The notes beneath the pieces are model-generated. The model had not been told where the DNA came from, made no database searches, and was given only the letters and a program-made list of their open reading frames with translations. From assembly GCA_013297875.1 (NCBI GenBank), contig JAAFIW010000002.1:180627-244626 (forward strand): a stretch of DNA of 64,000 bases, given 5' to 3'. Positions within the stretch are counted from its first letter, which is position 1; each line of letters begins with the position of its first letter. The position numbers and the translations under genes were made by a program. The stretch comes from Comamonadaceae bacterium (GTDB lineage: Bacteria > Pseudomonadota > Gammaproteobacteria > Burkholderiales > Burkholderiaceae_C). Of this stretch, positions 19,161 through 29,625 are shown piece after piece.

Positions 19161-19201
19161 CGAGATATGACCTCGCGGCCTGTACGCAGACACCACCGGC
19201 C

Positions 19202-19303
19202 CGTCATTCCCGCGAAGGCGGGAATCCAGCGGTCGCGCCGCGTCGCCCGATGCCATGAGCCAAGTACCTCGCGCCTGGATTCCCGCCTACGCGGGAATGA
19301 CGA
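19202..19303. repeat. dRS3-like inverted repeat pair
   Basis: ATTCCCGCGAAGGCGGGAAT at 19206-19225 and ATTCCCGCCTACGCGGGAAT at 19279-19298, in the pepN-fbp intergenic region. Confidence 0.6.
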
Positions 19304-19353
19304 TCTGGGGCTGGTAGCTATTCAGGTACGTCATTGACCAAACAAGGAACAAC

Positions 19354-20364
19354 ATGCCCCACAAAATCTCCCTGACCCGCTACCTCGTTGAACAACAACG
19401 CATGGATGGCCACATTCCGTCCGAGCTGCGCTTGCTGCTCGAAGTCGTCGCACGCGCCTGCAAAACCATCAGCCAAGCGGTGAACAAAGGCGCTTTGGGT
19501 GGCGTGCTGGGCACCGCTGGCAGCGAAAACGTGCAGGGCGAGGTGCAAAAGAAGCTGGACATCATTGCCAATGAGGTGCTGATCGAGGCCAACGAATGGG
19601 GCGGGCACCTGGCGGCCATGGCCAGTGAAGAGATGGACGGCATTTACCTGGTGCCCAACCGCTACCCACAAGGCGAATACCTGCTGCTGTTTGATCCGCT
19701 GGATGGCTCCAGCAACATCGACGTGAACGTGAGCATTGGCACCATCTTCAGCGTGCTGAAAAAGCCCGATGACGACCGTGGTGTGGAAGCGGCAGACTTT
19801 TTACAGGCTGGCAACAGGCAAGTGGCGGCGGGCTACTGCGTCTACGGCCCGCAAACCACCTTGGTACTCACTGTGGGAGACGGCGTGGCCATGTTCACGC
19901 TGGACCGCGAGCAGGGCAGCTTTGTGCTGACGCAAGAGAACGTGCAGGTGCCGCCCGATACGCAAGAGTTCGCCATCAACATGAGCAATATGCGCCACTG
20001 GGCACCGCCCGTGAAGCGCTATGTGGACGAATGCCTGGCTGGCAAAACCGGGCCGCGCGGCAAAGACTTCAACATGCGTTGGGTGGCCAGCATGGTGGCC
20101 GATGTGCACCGTATCCTGACCCGTGGTGGCGTGTTTTTATACCCCTGGGACGCCCGCGAACCCACCAAGCCCGGCAAGCTGCGCCTGATGTACGAAGCCA
20201 ACCCCATGGGCTGGCTGATCGAGCAGGCTGGCGGTGCCGCCAGCAACGGCCAGATGCGCATTCTGGACATACAGCCCACACAACTGCACGAGCGGGTCAG
20301 TGTGATGCTGGGGTCAAAAAACGAGGTGCAGCGGCTGGTGAGCTACCACGCAGAAGAAGAGTAA
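19354..20364 (+). CDS. fbp: Fructose-1,6-bisphosphatase class 1
   Basis: [23 protein letters not shown] and [12 protein letters not shown] are FBPase I signatures. Confidence 0.9.
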   Translation: MPHKISLTRYLVEQQRMDGHIPSELRLLLEVVARACKTISQAVNKGALGGVLGTAGSENVQGEVQKKLDIIANEVLIEANEWGGHLAAMASEEMDGIYLVPNRYPQGEYLLLFDPLDGSSNIDVNVSIGTIFSVLKKPDDDRGVEAADFLQAGNRQVAAGYCVYGPQTTLVLTVGDGVAMFTLDREQGSFVLTQENVQVPPDTQEFAINMSNMRHWAPPVKRYVDECLAGKTGPRGKDFNMRWVASMVADVHRILTRGGVFLYPWDAREPTKPGKLRLMYEANPMGWLIEQAGGAASNGQMRILDIQPTQLHERVSVMLGSKNEVQRLVSYHAEEE

Positions 20365-20429
20365 TTCCACCGATACCGGAGTCCATGGCCACTTGCTATG
20401 TTATTTATAGCTACTCGTGCCTGTCCAGT

Positions 20430-20945
20430 GTGCACGTTAGGAACCTCTGCATAAGTCCCTGCGGAACTGTGGCGTGTGGATCGGGATGGGATGCTAGCCC
20501 GCATATTTGTACGCAGCAAAAGGACTCGACACCCACGGCATCGTTTTGGCGGGCGCAGGGTCGCACGCCCCTGCATCCCGCGAAAACGCGCCGTGGGTGC
20601 CGCCACGGTGAAATATGTGGGCAAGGCGTCTTTTCGCAGCCAATAGAGGTGCTATTGGCAAGAGAAACAACGTGGCAGACCGCCCGAGGCCACACGATCA
20701 CAGACCGCAAGGACTTATGCAGAGGTTCCCTTGCCGTATTTGGATCGAAAACCGGCAAAAGAGAGGCTGGCAGCGACTCTGAAGGAACCTCTGCAAAACC
20801 CCTGACGGCCAGCCCGACCGCAGCCTCGGGCGCATCGCGGCGTTGAAAAACTCACCAATAGCAATGCTATTGGTGAGTTTTTCGCCTAGCGCTGCATCCC
20901 GATCTGCATTCGTTCTGGCTCGCCATGAGTTTTGCAGAGGTTCCT
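20430..20945. repeat. Structured repetitive element(s) with GGAACCTCTGCA...TGCAGAGGTTCC ends and perfect internal hairpins
   Basis: ggaacctctgcataagtccctgcgg at about 20440 and ccgcaaggacttatgcagaggttccc at about 20707. A second unit ggaacctctgcaaaa...ttttgcagaggttcc lies at about 20780-20945. Hairpins gccaatagaggtgctattggc and caccaatagcaatgctattggtg are present. It is related to the module at 53495-53665. The ORF-track ORFs in this span are translations of the repeat. Confidence 0.55.
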
Positions 20946-20989
20946 TAAGCGACTCAAGCGGCCCACACCGCTGCCCTCAGGCTGACAGC

Positions 20990-22078
20990 TTATAAGGGGC
21001 TGGTGCTTCGGCACAGCACGCCGCTGCAAGCGCTAGGTTTGAAGTACACCTCGCGGGCGGTGGTACCGACGATCACGCTGAACCAATAAACAAAGCCTGC
21101 TACACCCTCGGTGTTGGCTTGGCTGACGAGATTCGCGGCACTGGTAGCGGGCGCATTGGTTTTCCACTCAAACCTGGACGACTGCGATGTGTCCTTGACG
21201 TAGATGTTGCGAAACCCGCTCACCGGCTCGCCGCTGAACACATTGAGACCGCTGAATTTGTAGCCGTCTCTGCCTTCGGCATTGGCCTGGGCCAGCAGGG
21301 CATCGTGGCCGGCGGGTTCGGCGCCCAGGCGGTAGGTGTATTTGGCGTTGCCGCTGGCTGACTTCATGTAGATATTCCCGAACGTATAGGGGCCCACATA
21401 CAAAAAGCCCTTGTCACCCTGGGCGTTGGCCTGGAGTGCGAAGGCAGATACTGTGGTGACCTGTGGTAGTACTTCATAGGTATAGGTCGGGGCATTGCTC
21501 TCTTTGACAAAAATCGTGCCTTCGGTGGTCGGGCCCCAGAACTCGAAGCCTTTCGCGCCCTGGGCATTGAGCTGCGACAGGAAGGTGGCGGCGGTCGTTG
21601 GAGCGTCCAGCACTTCATAGCTGAAGGTGGTGTCACTGTCTTTTGAATAAAAGTTGAAAGCCGTGCCGCCCAGGATGTTGGGGCCGAAGTAGTTGAAGCC
21701 CTTGGCACCCTGAGCGTTCAGTTGGGTCAGCAGCGCGGCGCGCGTGTTGGTGTTGGGCTGCGACTCGTAGCTGGCGGTGGTGCTGGCGGCCGGTGCAGGA
21801 GCGCTTGGCGCAGGTGTGCTGGGTGCGGGAGCGCTTGGTACAGGTGCGCTCGGTGCGGGCGCACTGGGGGCAGGAGCGCTGGGTGCGGGCGCGCTCGGGG
21901 CGGGCGCGCTCGGGGCGGGCGCGCTCGGGGCGGGAGCACCGGAGGCGGGTGGTGGTACCGGTGTTGCTGGACTGTCGTCACCGCCACCGCAGGCAGCCAA
22001 GCCGGCCACGCTGGCGGTCAGCGCAAAGTAAATAGTCAACTGGGCCAATCGCTGGCGTGTCAATTCATGGGTGAACAT
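20990..22078 (-). CDS. Lipoprotein with a Pro/Ala-rich (PAPSA)n linker and five ~40-aa internal repeats
   Basis: Start MFTHELTRQRLAQLTIYFALTASVAGLAAC (lipobox LAAC). There are 15-bp tandem DNA repeats at about 21780-21960. Repeated modules run LLTQLNAQGAKGFNYFGP... / FLSQLNAQGAKGFEFWGP... / FALQANAQGDKGFLYVGP.... Confidence 0.6.
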   Translation of the reverse strand: MFTHELTRQRLAQLTIYFALTASVAGLAACGGGDDSPATPVPPPASGAPAPSAPAPSAPAPSAPAPSAPAPSAPAPSAPVPSAPAPSTPAPSAPAPAASTTASYESQPNTNTRAALLTQLNAQGAKGFNYFGPNILGGTAFNFYSKDSDTTFSYEVLDAPTTAATFLSQLNAQGAKGFEFWGPTTEGTIFVKESNAPTYTYEVLPQVTTVSAFALQANAQGDKGFLYVGPYTFGNIYMKSASGNAKYTYRLGAEPAGHDALLAQANAEGRDGYKFSGLNVFSGEPVSGFRNIYVKDTSQSSRFEWKTNAPATSAANLVSQANTEGVAGFVYWFSVIVGTTAREVYFKPSACSGVLCRSTSPL

Positions 22079-22225
22079 AGGATCAATACTCGATGAAGGT
22101 AAATAAAAGCGCTGTAACAAACAGCCTGGCCACTGTTTGTCACGTTTGAGTGTGCGATGCCCGGCATCTCACCGATACCCTACCAAGGTCGGGTTGGTGT
22201 AACGGGCTGCGTCAGGCACGTGCCG

Positions 22226-23092
22226 TTACGTGTTCTGTAAAAACGTGATGGCAGATTCAGAGACGGCCTGTGCGGCTTCTATTTGCGGCCAATGGCCAAT
22301 GCCCGGCAAGCGTTGAATGTCAGCGCCGGGCACCAGGGCCTGGTACGCATCGGCCATGTGGGCACCGGAATTGGGATCGGCTGCGCCATTGACCAAACGG
22401 ATGGGCACCACCTGTTGCACCAACGGGGCGGTCAATCGCTCGCTCAATGCCAGGCGTTCGATGTAAAACCGGCCCACCCGATGCGCCACCGCAAGCCCCC
22501 GGTTGTGCGTGACCAACTCCCAGAATTCTTGCAGCAGTTGGGGGCAGGGGCCTGTCTTTGGCCCAAACAGGGTGCGAATCGAGCGCTCGAAGGCGCGGCG
22601 TGGCAGTCGCGGCCCGATGAATTGACCCAACGGCGACGACAGCATGTGTTGTATCCAGCGCGGCTGGTAGGCCTGCGGGCACAGGCCCCCATTGAGCAGC
22701 ACCACGCGCTGAATCAACGGCAAGCCCGTTGCCGTCATGCGACGGGCCAGCATCTCCTGCGCCACGCTCACACCCAGGTCATGCGCCATGACATATGCGG
22801 TGCGCACCCGCAGCCGCGCCAGCAAGGCCTCATGCAGGTCAACATGCTCCATCAGGCCATAGCTGTGTTGGGTCGGCTTGTCGGAAAAGCCCATGCCTAG
22901 CATGTCGGGTGCAACCACGTTGAAATGCGCGGTCAGCTGCGGCCAGATGGCGTGCCAGTCAAACGAGCTCGTGGGAAAACCGTGAATCAGCAGCAGGGTG
23001 GGGCCGGTTCCGCCTTGCCGCACGAACACGCTGTGCCCGCGTAACTGAATGAACCTGCCCTGCGTCATCCAGTTCGACAGTCGCTGGCTCAT
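22226..23092 (-). CDS. Alpha/beta-fold hydrolase
   Basis: LLLIHGFPTSSFDW and the nucleophile-elbow AHDLG motif. Confidence 0.75.
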   Translation of the reverse strand: MSQRLSNWMTQGRFIQLRGHSVFVRQGGTGPTLLLIHGFPTSSFDWHAIWPQLTAHFNVVAPDMLGMGFSDKPTQHSYGLMEHVDLHEALLARLRVRTAYVMAHDLGVSVAQEMLARRMTATGLPLIQRVVLLNGGLCPQAYQPRWIQHMLSSPLGQFIGPRLPRRAFERSIRTLFGPKTGPCPQLLQEFWELVTHNRGLAVAHRVGRFYIERLALSERLTAPLVQQVVPIRLVNGAADPNSGAHMADAYQALVPGADIQRLPGIGHWPQIEAAQAVSESAITFLQNT

Positions 23093-23493
23093 AGGCTGAT
23101 TCGTGTTGCTGCGACATAGGCGATGGCCATGCTCAGCGCCAGTTGGGTCAGCACACTCAGTGTGTGGGCCAGCTGGCGCAGGGGCAGCTGGCGGGTAAAC
23201 ACCGCAATGCAGTACAGAGCCCGGCTGACGACAAAAACACTGGCTGTGACGGCCAGTGTGTAGCCGCCCACAGCGGATGCCATCTGGGCACCAGCCAAGA
23301 GCACAATGAAGAGCAATGATTGCTCCAGGGTATTGCCATGTGCACGGATGGCCAGCACCAGTTCTTTTTGTCCGGCGTCGCCATAGGTGGCTCGGTATTT
23401 CATCCGCAGGCGTGACACGTTGAGCGACAGGCCGATTAATAGCAGTGCCAGCACCGCAGTGGTCGTGGTGGTGATAGAAAAATTAATACTCAT
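23089..23493 (-). CDS. MAPEG-family small membrane protein (YecN-like)
   Basis: 134 aa, about 4 TM helices, 4-nt overlap with the downstream hydrolase gene. Confidence 0.5.
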   Translation of the reverse strand: MSINFSITTTTTAVLALLLIGLSLNVSRLRMKYRATYGDAGQKELVLAIRAHGNTLEQSLLFIVLLAGAQMASAVGGYTLAVTASVFVVSRALYCIAVFTRQLPLRQLAHTLSVLTQLALSMAIAYVAATRISL

Positions 23494-23646
23494 TTACTTT
23501 TGGGCTTGCGTTGATCGGCATTTATTCTCGCAACAATTGATTAAATTAAAACCCTACCGTGGTAGGGTTTGCTGCATCAGCGATATGACAAACAATTGCA
23601 GCTTGTTTTCGTTACACACCTGACCTATTGAATTTGAAAGAAAAGT

Positions 23647-24294
23647 TTGAATAAACCCCGCTACGCGCTCATTGTTGATGACCATCCGCTGGTAGGGCGG
23701 GGTATTGCCGAGCTGTTGAAGACCTTTGAGTTACTGGATGCCACCCATCAAGTGAGTGATGCCGCGGCTGCTCTGGAGCTGGCGGCCCGCTTGGGTGAAC
23801 CAGCGATTGCGGTGGTGGATTTCTGGTTGAATAACGACACCAGTGTTGAATTGATCGGACAGTTGCGAACCCAGTATTCTCAATGCGCGGTATTGGTGAT
23901 CAGCGCCGATGCCAGTGCGGAAGTGCAAGCCAAAGCCAGGCATATCGGTGCGCAAGGCTTTATCGACAAGCAGGCAAGTGCCGATACTTTTGGGCAAGCA
24001 ATTCTGGCGGTGTTGGGCGGCATGACCTACTTTGACGCGCAGGCCAGTACAAAAAACTCCGCCATCCGGCCGTATGATGTGCCAGTGACGGCCGCCGAAC
24101 TGGGTTTGTCGCCCCGGCAAGGTCAAATACTCGCACTGGTTTTGGAAGGGTTGCCAAACAAGCGGATCGCCCAGTCCTTGTCGTTGTCTGAAAGCACGGT
24201 GAAAGAGCACGTAACCGGTATTTTGCAGCGGTTGGGGGTGACCAACCGGGTAGAAGTCATTACCAAACTAAGAGGTCGCAGGCTGGTCATTTGA
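23647..24294 (+). CDS. LuxR/FixJ-family response regulator
   Basis: Receiver domain (ALIVDDHPL...) plus a C-terminal LuxR helix-turn-helix (LSPRQGQILALVLEGLPNKRIAQSLSLSESTVKEHV). TTG start. Confidence 0.8.
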   Translation: MNKPRYALIVDDHPLVGRGIAELLKTFELLDATHQVSDAAAALELAARLGEPAIAVVDFWLNNDTSVELIGQLRTQYSQCAVLVISADASAEVQAKARHIGAQGFIDKQASADTFGQAILAVLGGMTYFDAQASTKNSAIRPYDVPVTAAELGLSPRQGQILALVLEGLPNKRIAQSLSLSESTVKEHVTGILQRLGVTNRVEVITKLRGRRLVI

Positions 24295-24310
24295 GAGCAG
24301 CATTCCAATC

Positions 24311-26131
24311 ATGACAGCAAGGCCCGGAGCCGATCAAGTGACCCTCGTGCAAGAGGAATCCAGCGTATCTGGACGAATCCGGCTTTTCGAGATGACCTTC
24401 TCCCGGATCAAGCTGGGCATCGGTCTGCTGCCGGTCGTTGCCATCCCCTTTGCATGGTTTTATTCACAAACCAATGGTTCCGCCACGCTACTGGCATGGG
24501 TGTGGATATATATTGTTCTGGTGGTGATTCTCGTTGTCATGCATCGTTCCTATGTGCGCGACAGGATTACCAAGCCCGATTCTGAAGTATTCAAAAAGTG
24601 GCGCGATTTATTGCAGAAATTTGCATTGCTGCACGGCACGGCCATGACCGCGTCTGTGATCGTGACGATGGAAAACAAAACCCTGGAGGTTTCTCTTGCC
24701 CATTATTTGATATTGGCGCTGATTATCACGACCAACGCTACCCATCAGGCACCTGTTCTGGGCGTTTTCTTCCGGTTTTTTATCACCGGCTGGATTCCGT
24801 CGGCCTTTCTCATGTATTGGATATTCTCCGATATGTGGCAGATTTTTCTTCCGATTTCTCTTGTATTCAGTGCCGTCATCAGTCGGCACGCGTTCATCGC
24901 GCACCGTTATTTTGTGCAGCAAATCAGGTTTGAAGAGCGCAGCGTGCTGTTGGCCCGGGAATACAAGGCTGCGAAAGACGAGGCCGAAGCGGCCTTGTTT
25001 GCCAAAAACCAGTTTTTGACGACAGCCAGTCACGACCTGCGACAACCGGTGCACGCCATGGGTCTTTTGATAGCAACGATTCACCTGCGCAACAAGGACG
25101 CATCGTTGGAGCCGCTGTTGGACGATCTGCGCAGCAGTGTGCGCTCGGTCAACCAGATGTTCAATTCCTTGCTTGATCTGTCCAAAATCGAGGCGGGCAT
25201 TGTGCAAACCCAGCCCGTGCCGATTGAGCTGCGCGCCTTCGTGAACGACACGGCCACCTTGTTTCGTGAGGAAGCCAACAGCCGCAACCTGCAGTTGCGT
25301 TTTCGCTGGCCAAAAGCCCAGGTGGTGGTGCTGGCTGACCCGGCGCTGCTGCGCCAGGCTTTGTCCAACCTGGTGCACAACGCGTTGCGCTACACCCAGC
25401 GTGGCGGCATTTTGATTGGTGTGCGGCGGCGGGCGCAGCAATGGCAAGTGGAGGTGTGGGATACCGGCATCGGCGTGGCAGAGGAAGAGCAAGCCAAGAT
25501 TTACTCGCCCTTTTTTCGCAACGAGCATGCGTGGCGTGTGGACACAGCAGGACATGGACTGGGGCTGTCGGTGGTGGCGCGTTGTGCCGAGCGGATGGGT
25601 GCGTCGTATGGGCTCAGCTCACGCCTGGGGCGTGGTTCGCGGTTCTGGCTGCGTCTGCCCGCAGGCTCGTCCCGCTTCATTCCTGCGGCGTTTTCTGAGT
25701 TGGAGCCCGTATGGCGCGCTGTGCAGCCGGATGCAAAACCTTTTCATGGCAATTGCCTGGTGTTGGAAGACGACCCCCAGGCCAGCGCCGCCTGGCTGGC
25801 CTTGTTGAAAGCCTGGGGACTGAACACGCGCGCGGCGACCCGTGCCAGTGAGGCGTTTGCCCTGCTGGACGAGGGCTTTGCGCCGCAAGTGATTCTCTGT
25901 GACCAGCGCCTGCGCAGCGGAGAAAGTGGCTTTGACATCCTGCGCGCGCTGCTCACGCGCTGCCCCGCAGCACACGGAGCCATGGTCAGCGGTGAATTCA
26001 ACTCGCCCGAGCTGCTGGAGGCAGAAAGCGAAGGTTATCTGGTGCTGCGCAAGCCGCTGGAGGCCAACGACTTGCGGGCGGTGTTGAGCCAGTGGCTGCC
26101 GGTTAGCAATAGTCCATCCTGTAGTCAATGA
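24311..26131 (+). CDS. Hybrid sensor histidine kinase (TM sensor, HisKA, HATPase_c, C-terminal receiver)
   Basis: H-box LTTASHDLRQPVHAMGL, N/G boxes (VWDTGIGVAEEEQAKIYSPFFR, GHGLGLSV) and the receiver CLVLEDDPQASAAW...D. Confidence 0.8.
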   Translation: MTARPGADQVTLVQEESSVSGRIRLFEMTFSRIKLGIGLLPVVAIPFAWFYSQTNGSATLLAWVWIYIVLVVILVVMHRSYVRDRITKPDSEVFKKWRDLLQKFALLHGTAMTASVIVTMENKTLEVSLAHYLILALIITTNATHQAPVLGVFFRFFITGWIPSAFLMYWIFSDMWQIFLPISLVFSAVISRHAFIAHRYFVQQIRFEERSVLLAREYKAAKDEAEAALFAKNQFLTTASHDLRQPVHAMGLLIATIHLRNKDASLEPLLDDLRSSVRSVNQMFNSLLDLSKIEAGIVQTQPVPIELRAFVNDTATLFREEANSRNLQLRFRWPKAQVVVLADPALLRQALSNLVHNALRYTQRGGILIGVRRRAQQWQVEVWDTGIGVAEEEQAKIYSPFFRNEHAWRVDTAGHGLGLSVVARCAERMGASYGLSSRLGRGSRFWLRLPAGSSRFIPAAFSELEPVWRAVQPDAKPFHGNCLVLEDDPQASAAWLALLKAWGLNTRAATRASEAFALLDEGFAPQVILCDQRLRSGESGFDILRALLTRCPAAHGAMVSGEFNSPELLEAESEGYLVLRKPLEANDLRAVLSQWLPVSNSPSCSQ

Positions 26132-26306
26132 TCAGATTGCTGAGCGTACGGTCAGCCACACGATCCCTACCGCCACCGGTTGATACTTGGGAGCCTGGCA
26201 GGGGCCTGAAGACATTAAAGAAATCACTCGAACAGCCAATTCAGAAAACCGCCTCACACACAGAATTTCTGACACTCCCCTACTTGGATCACTGCGGAAC
26301 ATAGGG

Positions 26307-27914
26307 CTAACGCAACACGGCTGACCACAGACTGACACGCGCCCCGGTATTGGCCACATCATTCTGATTCCACACCACAACACCCTGCCCTGCGGCGTTC
26401 ATAGCGAAGTCTGGATCGTTACCCACACTGCCTGCGCCAGTTTCAACCGGAGTGGAAGCGCTCCATTGGCCACCTAAGGTCAGTCGACGCGACACCAAAT
26501 CAAAGTTGAGTGTTGCAACCAGGTTGGGGGAATAGACCAACACCGCTTGTCCGTTGCTATCCATTTGTAGCGTGCGGTTGATGTTGTAGGTGTCTACAAC
26601 GACGGGCGCAGTCCATCCGGTCGCAGGGTTGTACTGCATGCTGCTCAAAGCTGCCAATGCGCCGCCGGACCACGCAGCTACGGCACGGCCATCGGGCGTC
26701 ATGGCCAACTGAATGCGTGCACTTCCTACGGAGCTGGTCTGGCCTGTCACTTCAACTGCACCTTGCCACCCGGTGTCGGCGCGGTAAATGTTGTAGTGAA
26801 CCGTTCTGTTTTGCAGCCACATCGCAATGCCGTTGCCTTGTGCATCGATGGCTACAGCTGGATTGTTGTCGGGATCCACATTGGTGAACAGCGTCTCTAT
26901 GCTGACTGGCACACCCCAGCCACCTGCGGTGGTGAAGCGCGCCGCCTTCATGCTGTAGTTGTTGTCGCCTGGGTTGCTTTCTCTCCATACGGCCAGTGAA
27001 CTGCCATTGCTGCTAAGGGCAAGCGCGGCTCGCTGTGCTACAGACGAGCCGCCATTGTCCACTCGCGTCCACGTTCCCCATTGCCCGCCAACTGGCAGTG
27101 CAGCACTCTCGACGTCCGAGCCCGAGCGTAGAACACTGATGTTTCCACCGACGTCTATCACCGCAGAGGTCAATTCTTGGGTAAACCTGAGGTTAGGCGG
27201 AGAAAACGCAGCACTCCAACCCGTAGCCACCGTGTTGCGGCGCGTTTCCATATTGGGTCGAATCCAGGTGGCAACGCCAGCATCGTCCAAAAACACTCTT
27301 CCTTGCGCCGCAGCGGTGGAAGACGAAAGCGTCAGTCCAGGAACCACAACGGCTGTCTGCCAACCTGTCGCTGGCTGATAACGGCGGGAAAAAACTTTGA
27401 ACGTGCTGCCGTCAGGCGTGCCATCTGACTGCTCCCACAGCGCAATCGCATCGCCTCTGCTGTTCACAGCCACCAGCTGCCTGCTACGCACATTGAAGTC
27501 ATCACTGTTTTCCAGCAATTGCGGCGCTTGCCAAGCAGCGGCGGGCGGGACAGGTGTGCCGGCCGCAGGTGGTGGGGCGGGTGTAGTCGGTGGAGGAGTC
27601 GGGGTACCAGCCGCAGGTGGAGCGGGTGTGCCAGCCGCAGGTGGTGCAGGTGTGCCAGCCGCAGGTGGTGCGGGCGTACCAGCGGCAGGTGGAGCGGGCG
27701 TTCCAGACGCAGGCGGGGCGGGCGTACCAGCTGCAGGTGGTGCAGGTGTGCCAGCCGCAGGTGGTGCGGGCGATGCGGGGGGTGTGCTAGCACTGGGGGG
27801 TGTTGCAGCAGCCGGTGTGTCGTCGTCGCCACCACAGGCGCCCAGGCCCAGAGTCAACGCAAACAACACGGTGAGTTGGGCCAGCTGTTTGCCCTTTGTC
27901 GATTTGGTTTTCAT
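26307..27914 (-). CDS. Lipoprotein with a (PAAGTPAP)n linker and a C-terminal repeat-rich (Trp/Gly-containing, possibly beta-propeller-like) domain
   Basis: MKTKSTKGKQLAQLTVLFALTLGLGAC lipobox. A 24-bp tandem repeat lies at about 27560-27790. Recurring ...TGW.. motifs occur in the C-terminal 400 aa. Confidence 0.6.
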   Translation of the reverse strand: MKTKSTKGKQLAQLTVLFALTLGLGACGGDDDTPAAATPPSASTPPASPAPPAAGTPAPPAAGTPAPPASGTPAPPAAGTPAPPAAGTPAPPAAGTPAPPAAGTPTPPPTTPAPPPAAGTPVPPAAAWQAPQLLENSDDFNVRSRQLVAVNSRGDAIALWEQSDGTPDGSTFKVFSRRYQPATGWQTAVVVPGLTLSSSTAAAQGRVFLDDAGVATWIRPNMETRRNTVATGWSAAFSPPNLRFTQELTSAVIDVGGNISVLRSGSDVESAALPVGGQWGTWTRVDNGGSSVAQRAALALSSNGSSLAVWRESNPGDNNYSMKAARFTTAGGWGVPVSIETLFTNVDPDNNPAVAIDAQGNGIAMWLQNRTVHYNIYRADTGWQGAVEVTGQTSSVGSARIQLAMTPDGRAVAAWSGGALAALSSMQYNPATGWTAPVVVDTYNINRTLQMDSNGQAVLVYSPNLVATLNFDLVSRRLTLGGQWSASTPVETGAGSVGNDPDFAMNAAGQGVVVWNQNDVANTGARVSLWSAVLR

Positions 27915-28120
27915 GGATGAATGATCCCTTTGGATGAAGAAAAAAGAATTGACCGCAGATTTCCAAAAGCCTCTGCGACCCGCGCAGTTTCTGTGGGCAC
28001 GAATCCCACGTGAACCCTACCAAAGGTGGGTTCGGGTAACAGACTGTTTGCATCCACTCACAGCAGACCGCAAGCTGATGCGATACGCTCAACAAATCAA
28101 CGACTCGCCGCCCCAAAACC

Positions 28121-29122
28121 ATGCCCACCCGCCCCCTTGGCCCCTTCCACGTCAGCCCCATCGGCCTGGGCTGCATGAACTTGAGCCATGCCTATGGCCC
28201 GCCGGTTTCCACCGAAGAGGCCAGCCGCGTGCTGCTGGCCGCGCTGGATGCCGGTGTGACCTTGTTTGATACCGCCACCTTGTATGGCTTTGGTGCCAAC
28301 GAAACCCTGGTAGGGCAGGTGATGAAGCCGCACCGCCAGCAGTTCACGCTGGCCAGTAAATGCGGCATGCAGGGGGTGGATGACGGCAGCGGCAAGTTGG
28401 TGCGGGTGATTGATGGCCGCCCGGCCACGCTGCGCAAGACCTGCGAAGACAGCTTGCGCCGCCTGCAGACCGATGTGATTGACCTGTACTACCTGCACCG
28501 CTGGGACAAGCAGGTGCCGATTGAAGACAGCGTGGGCGCACTGAGCGACCTTGTGCGGCGTGGGCACATTCGTAGCGTGGGCTTGAGCGAGGTGTCGGCC
28601 AGCACCTTGCGCCGCGCGCATGCGGTGCACCCAATTGCAGCCCTGCAAACCGAATACTCGCTGTGGACGCGCAACCCCGAGATTGCGGTGCTGGATGCCT
28701 GCCGCGAGCTCGGCATCGCCTTCGTGGCCTTCAGCCCCGTGGCGCGTGGGTTTTTGTGCGGCAAGCCAATTGACGTGGAGGCACTGCACACCGGCGACAT
28801 TCGCCGCAGCATGCCGCGCTTCGCACCCGAGGCCTACGCCGCCAACAGCCGCTTGCTACCCGCGTACCACGCGGTGGCGCAAGAAGTGGGCTGCACGCCC
28901 AGCCAGTTGGCACTGGCCTGGCTGCTGCACAAGGCATCGCACATCATTCCGATTCCGGGCACCACCCGCGTGGCGCATTTGCAGGATGATCTGGGTGCTT
29001 TGCAGGTGCAATTGAGCGCAGACGTCATGGCCAGGCTGGACGGCTTGATCAATCACCAAACCGTCACAGGGCAGCGTTACAACGCACAGAACGCATCGGA
29101 AGTCGATACGGAAAATTTCTAG
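28121..29122 (+). CDS. Aldo/keto reductase
   Basis: GLGCMNLSHAYG, TLFDTATLYG and IDLYYLHRWD signatures. Confidence 0.85.
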   Translation: MPTRPLGPFHVSPIGLGCMNLSHAYGPPVSTEEASRVLLAALDAGVTLFDTATLYGFGANETLVGQVMKPHRQQFTLASKCGMQGVDDGSGKLVRVIDGRPATLRKTCEDSLRRLQTDVIDLYYLHRWDKQVPIEDSVGALSDLVRRGHIRSVGLSEVSASTLRRAHAVHPIAALQTEYSLWTRNPEIAVLDACRELGIAFVAFSPVARGFLCGKPIDVEALHTGDIRRSMPRFAPEAYAANSRLLPAYHAVAQEVGCTPSQLALAWLLHKASHIIPIPGTTRVAHLQDDLGALQVQLSADVMARLDGLINHQTVTGQRYNAQNASEVDTENF

Positions 29123-29160
29123 GTTTTCTTTTTCTATCAACCCAACCCCAGGAGATTGCT

Positions 29161-29532
29161 ATGTCCACTGAAACCATGTCTGTTCAAGAAATCGCCACCG
29201 CCTTCACCGCCCTGTGCAAAGAAGGCAAGTTTGAAGACGCTGGCCACCGCTTCTGGTCGGACGACATCGTCTCCTGCGAGCCCAACCCTGGCGACATGAG
29301 CGAGGTCAAAGGCCGCGCTGCGGTGGATGCCAAGGGTGCCTGGTGGTATGCCAACAACGAAGTGCATGGCGTGAAGGTCGAAGGCCCTTACGTACACGGC
29401 CACCAGTTTGTGGTGCGCTTCACCATGGACATCACCCCCAAAGGCGAGGCCCGCGCCAGCTTTGACGAGGTGGGTGTGTACACCGTGCAGGCTGGCAAAA
29501 TTGTGGAAGAACGGTTTTTCTACGGTAGCTGA
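29161..29532 (+). CDS. SnoaL-like / NTF2-fold small protein
   Basis: 123 aa. The size and fold-like pattern suggest a ketosteroid-isomerase-like protein. No strong motif. Confidence 0.45.
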   Translation: MSTETMSVQEIATAFTALCKEGKFEDAGHRFWSDDIVSCEPNPGDMSEVKGRAAVDAKGAWWYANNEVHGVKVEGPYVHGHQFVVRFTMDITPKGEARASFDEVGVYTVQAGKIVEERFFYGS

Positions 29533-29554
29533 CCTGAATAGGTGCTATCGAAAA

Positions 29555-29609
29555 AATAGCTGCCTGAGCAAGTAATCCCTGGGCTGATGGCCGATTTGAC
29601 CTGAAAGCG
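29555..29609. repeat. Dispersed repeat copy (AATAGCTGCCTGAGCAAGTAAT CCCTGGGCTGATGGCCGATTTGACCTGAAAGCG)
   Basis: Lies immediately upstream of the flotillin-ATPase-PLD operon. Confidence 0.65.
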
Positions 29610-29625
29610 TAGTTGCCACGAGTTG

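Noticed and set aside
20031-20846. ORFs 20031-20846 +, 20411-20758 -, 49581-49994 +, 53397-53837 +, 53384-53638 -, 7524-7724 +, 51257-51496 +
   Set aside because: These are translations of repetitive elements (the GGAACCTCTGCA modules, the ~320-bp element and the TTGAACGCAGAGGACGC MITEs). The same peptide fragments recur wherever the repeat recurs.
21780-21960. Possible CRISPR or non-coding tandem repeat at 21780-21960 and 27560-27790
   Set aside because: The 15-bp and 24-bp periodicities are in-frame and encode the (PAPSA)n and (PAAGTPAP)n linkers of the two lipoproteins.
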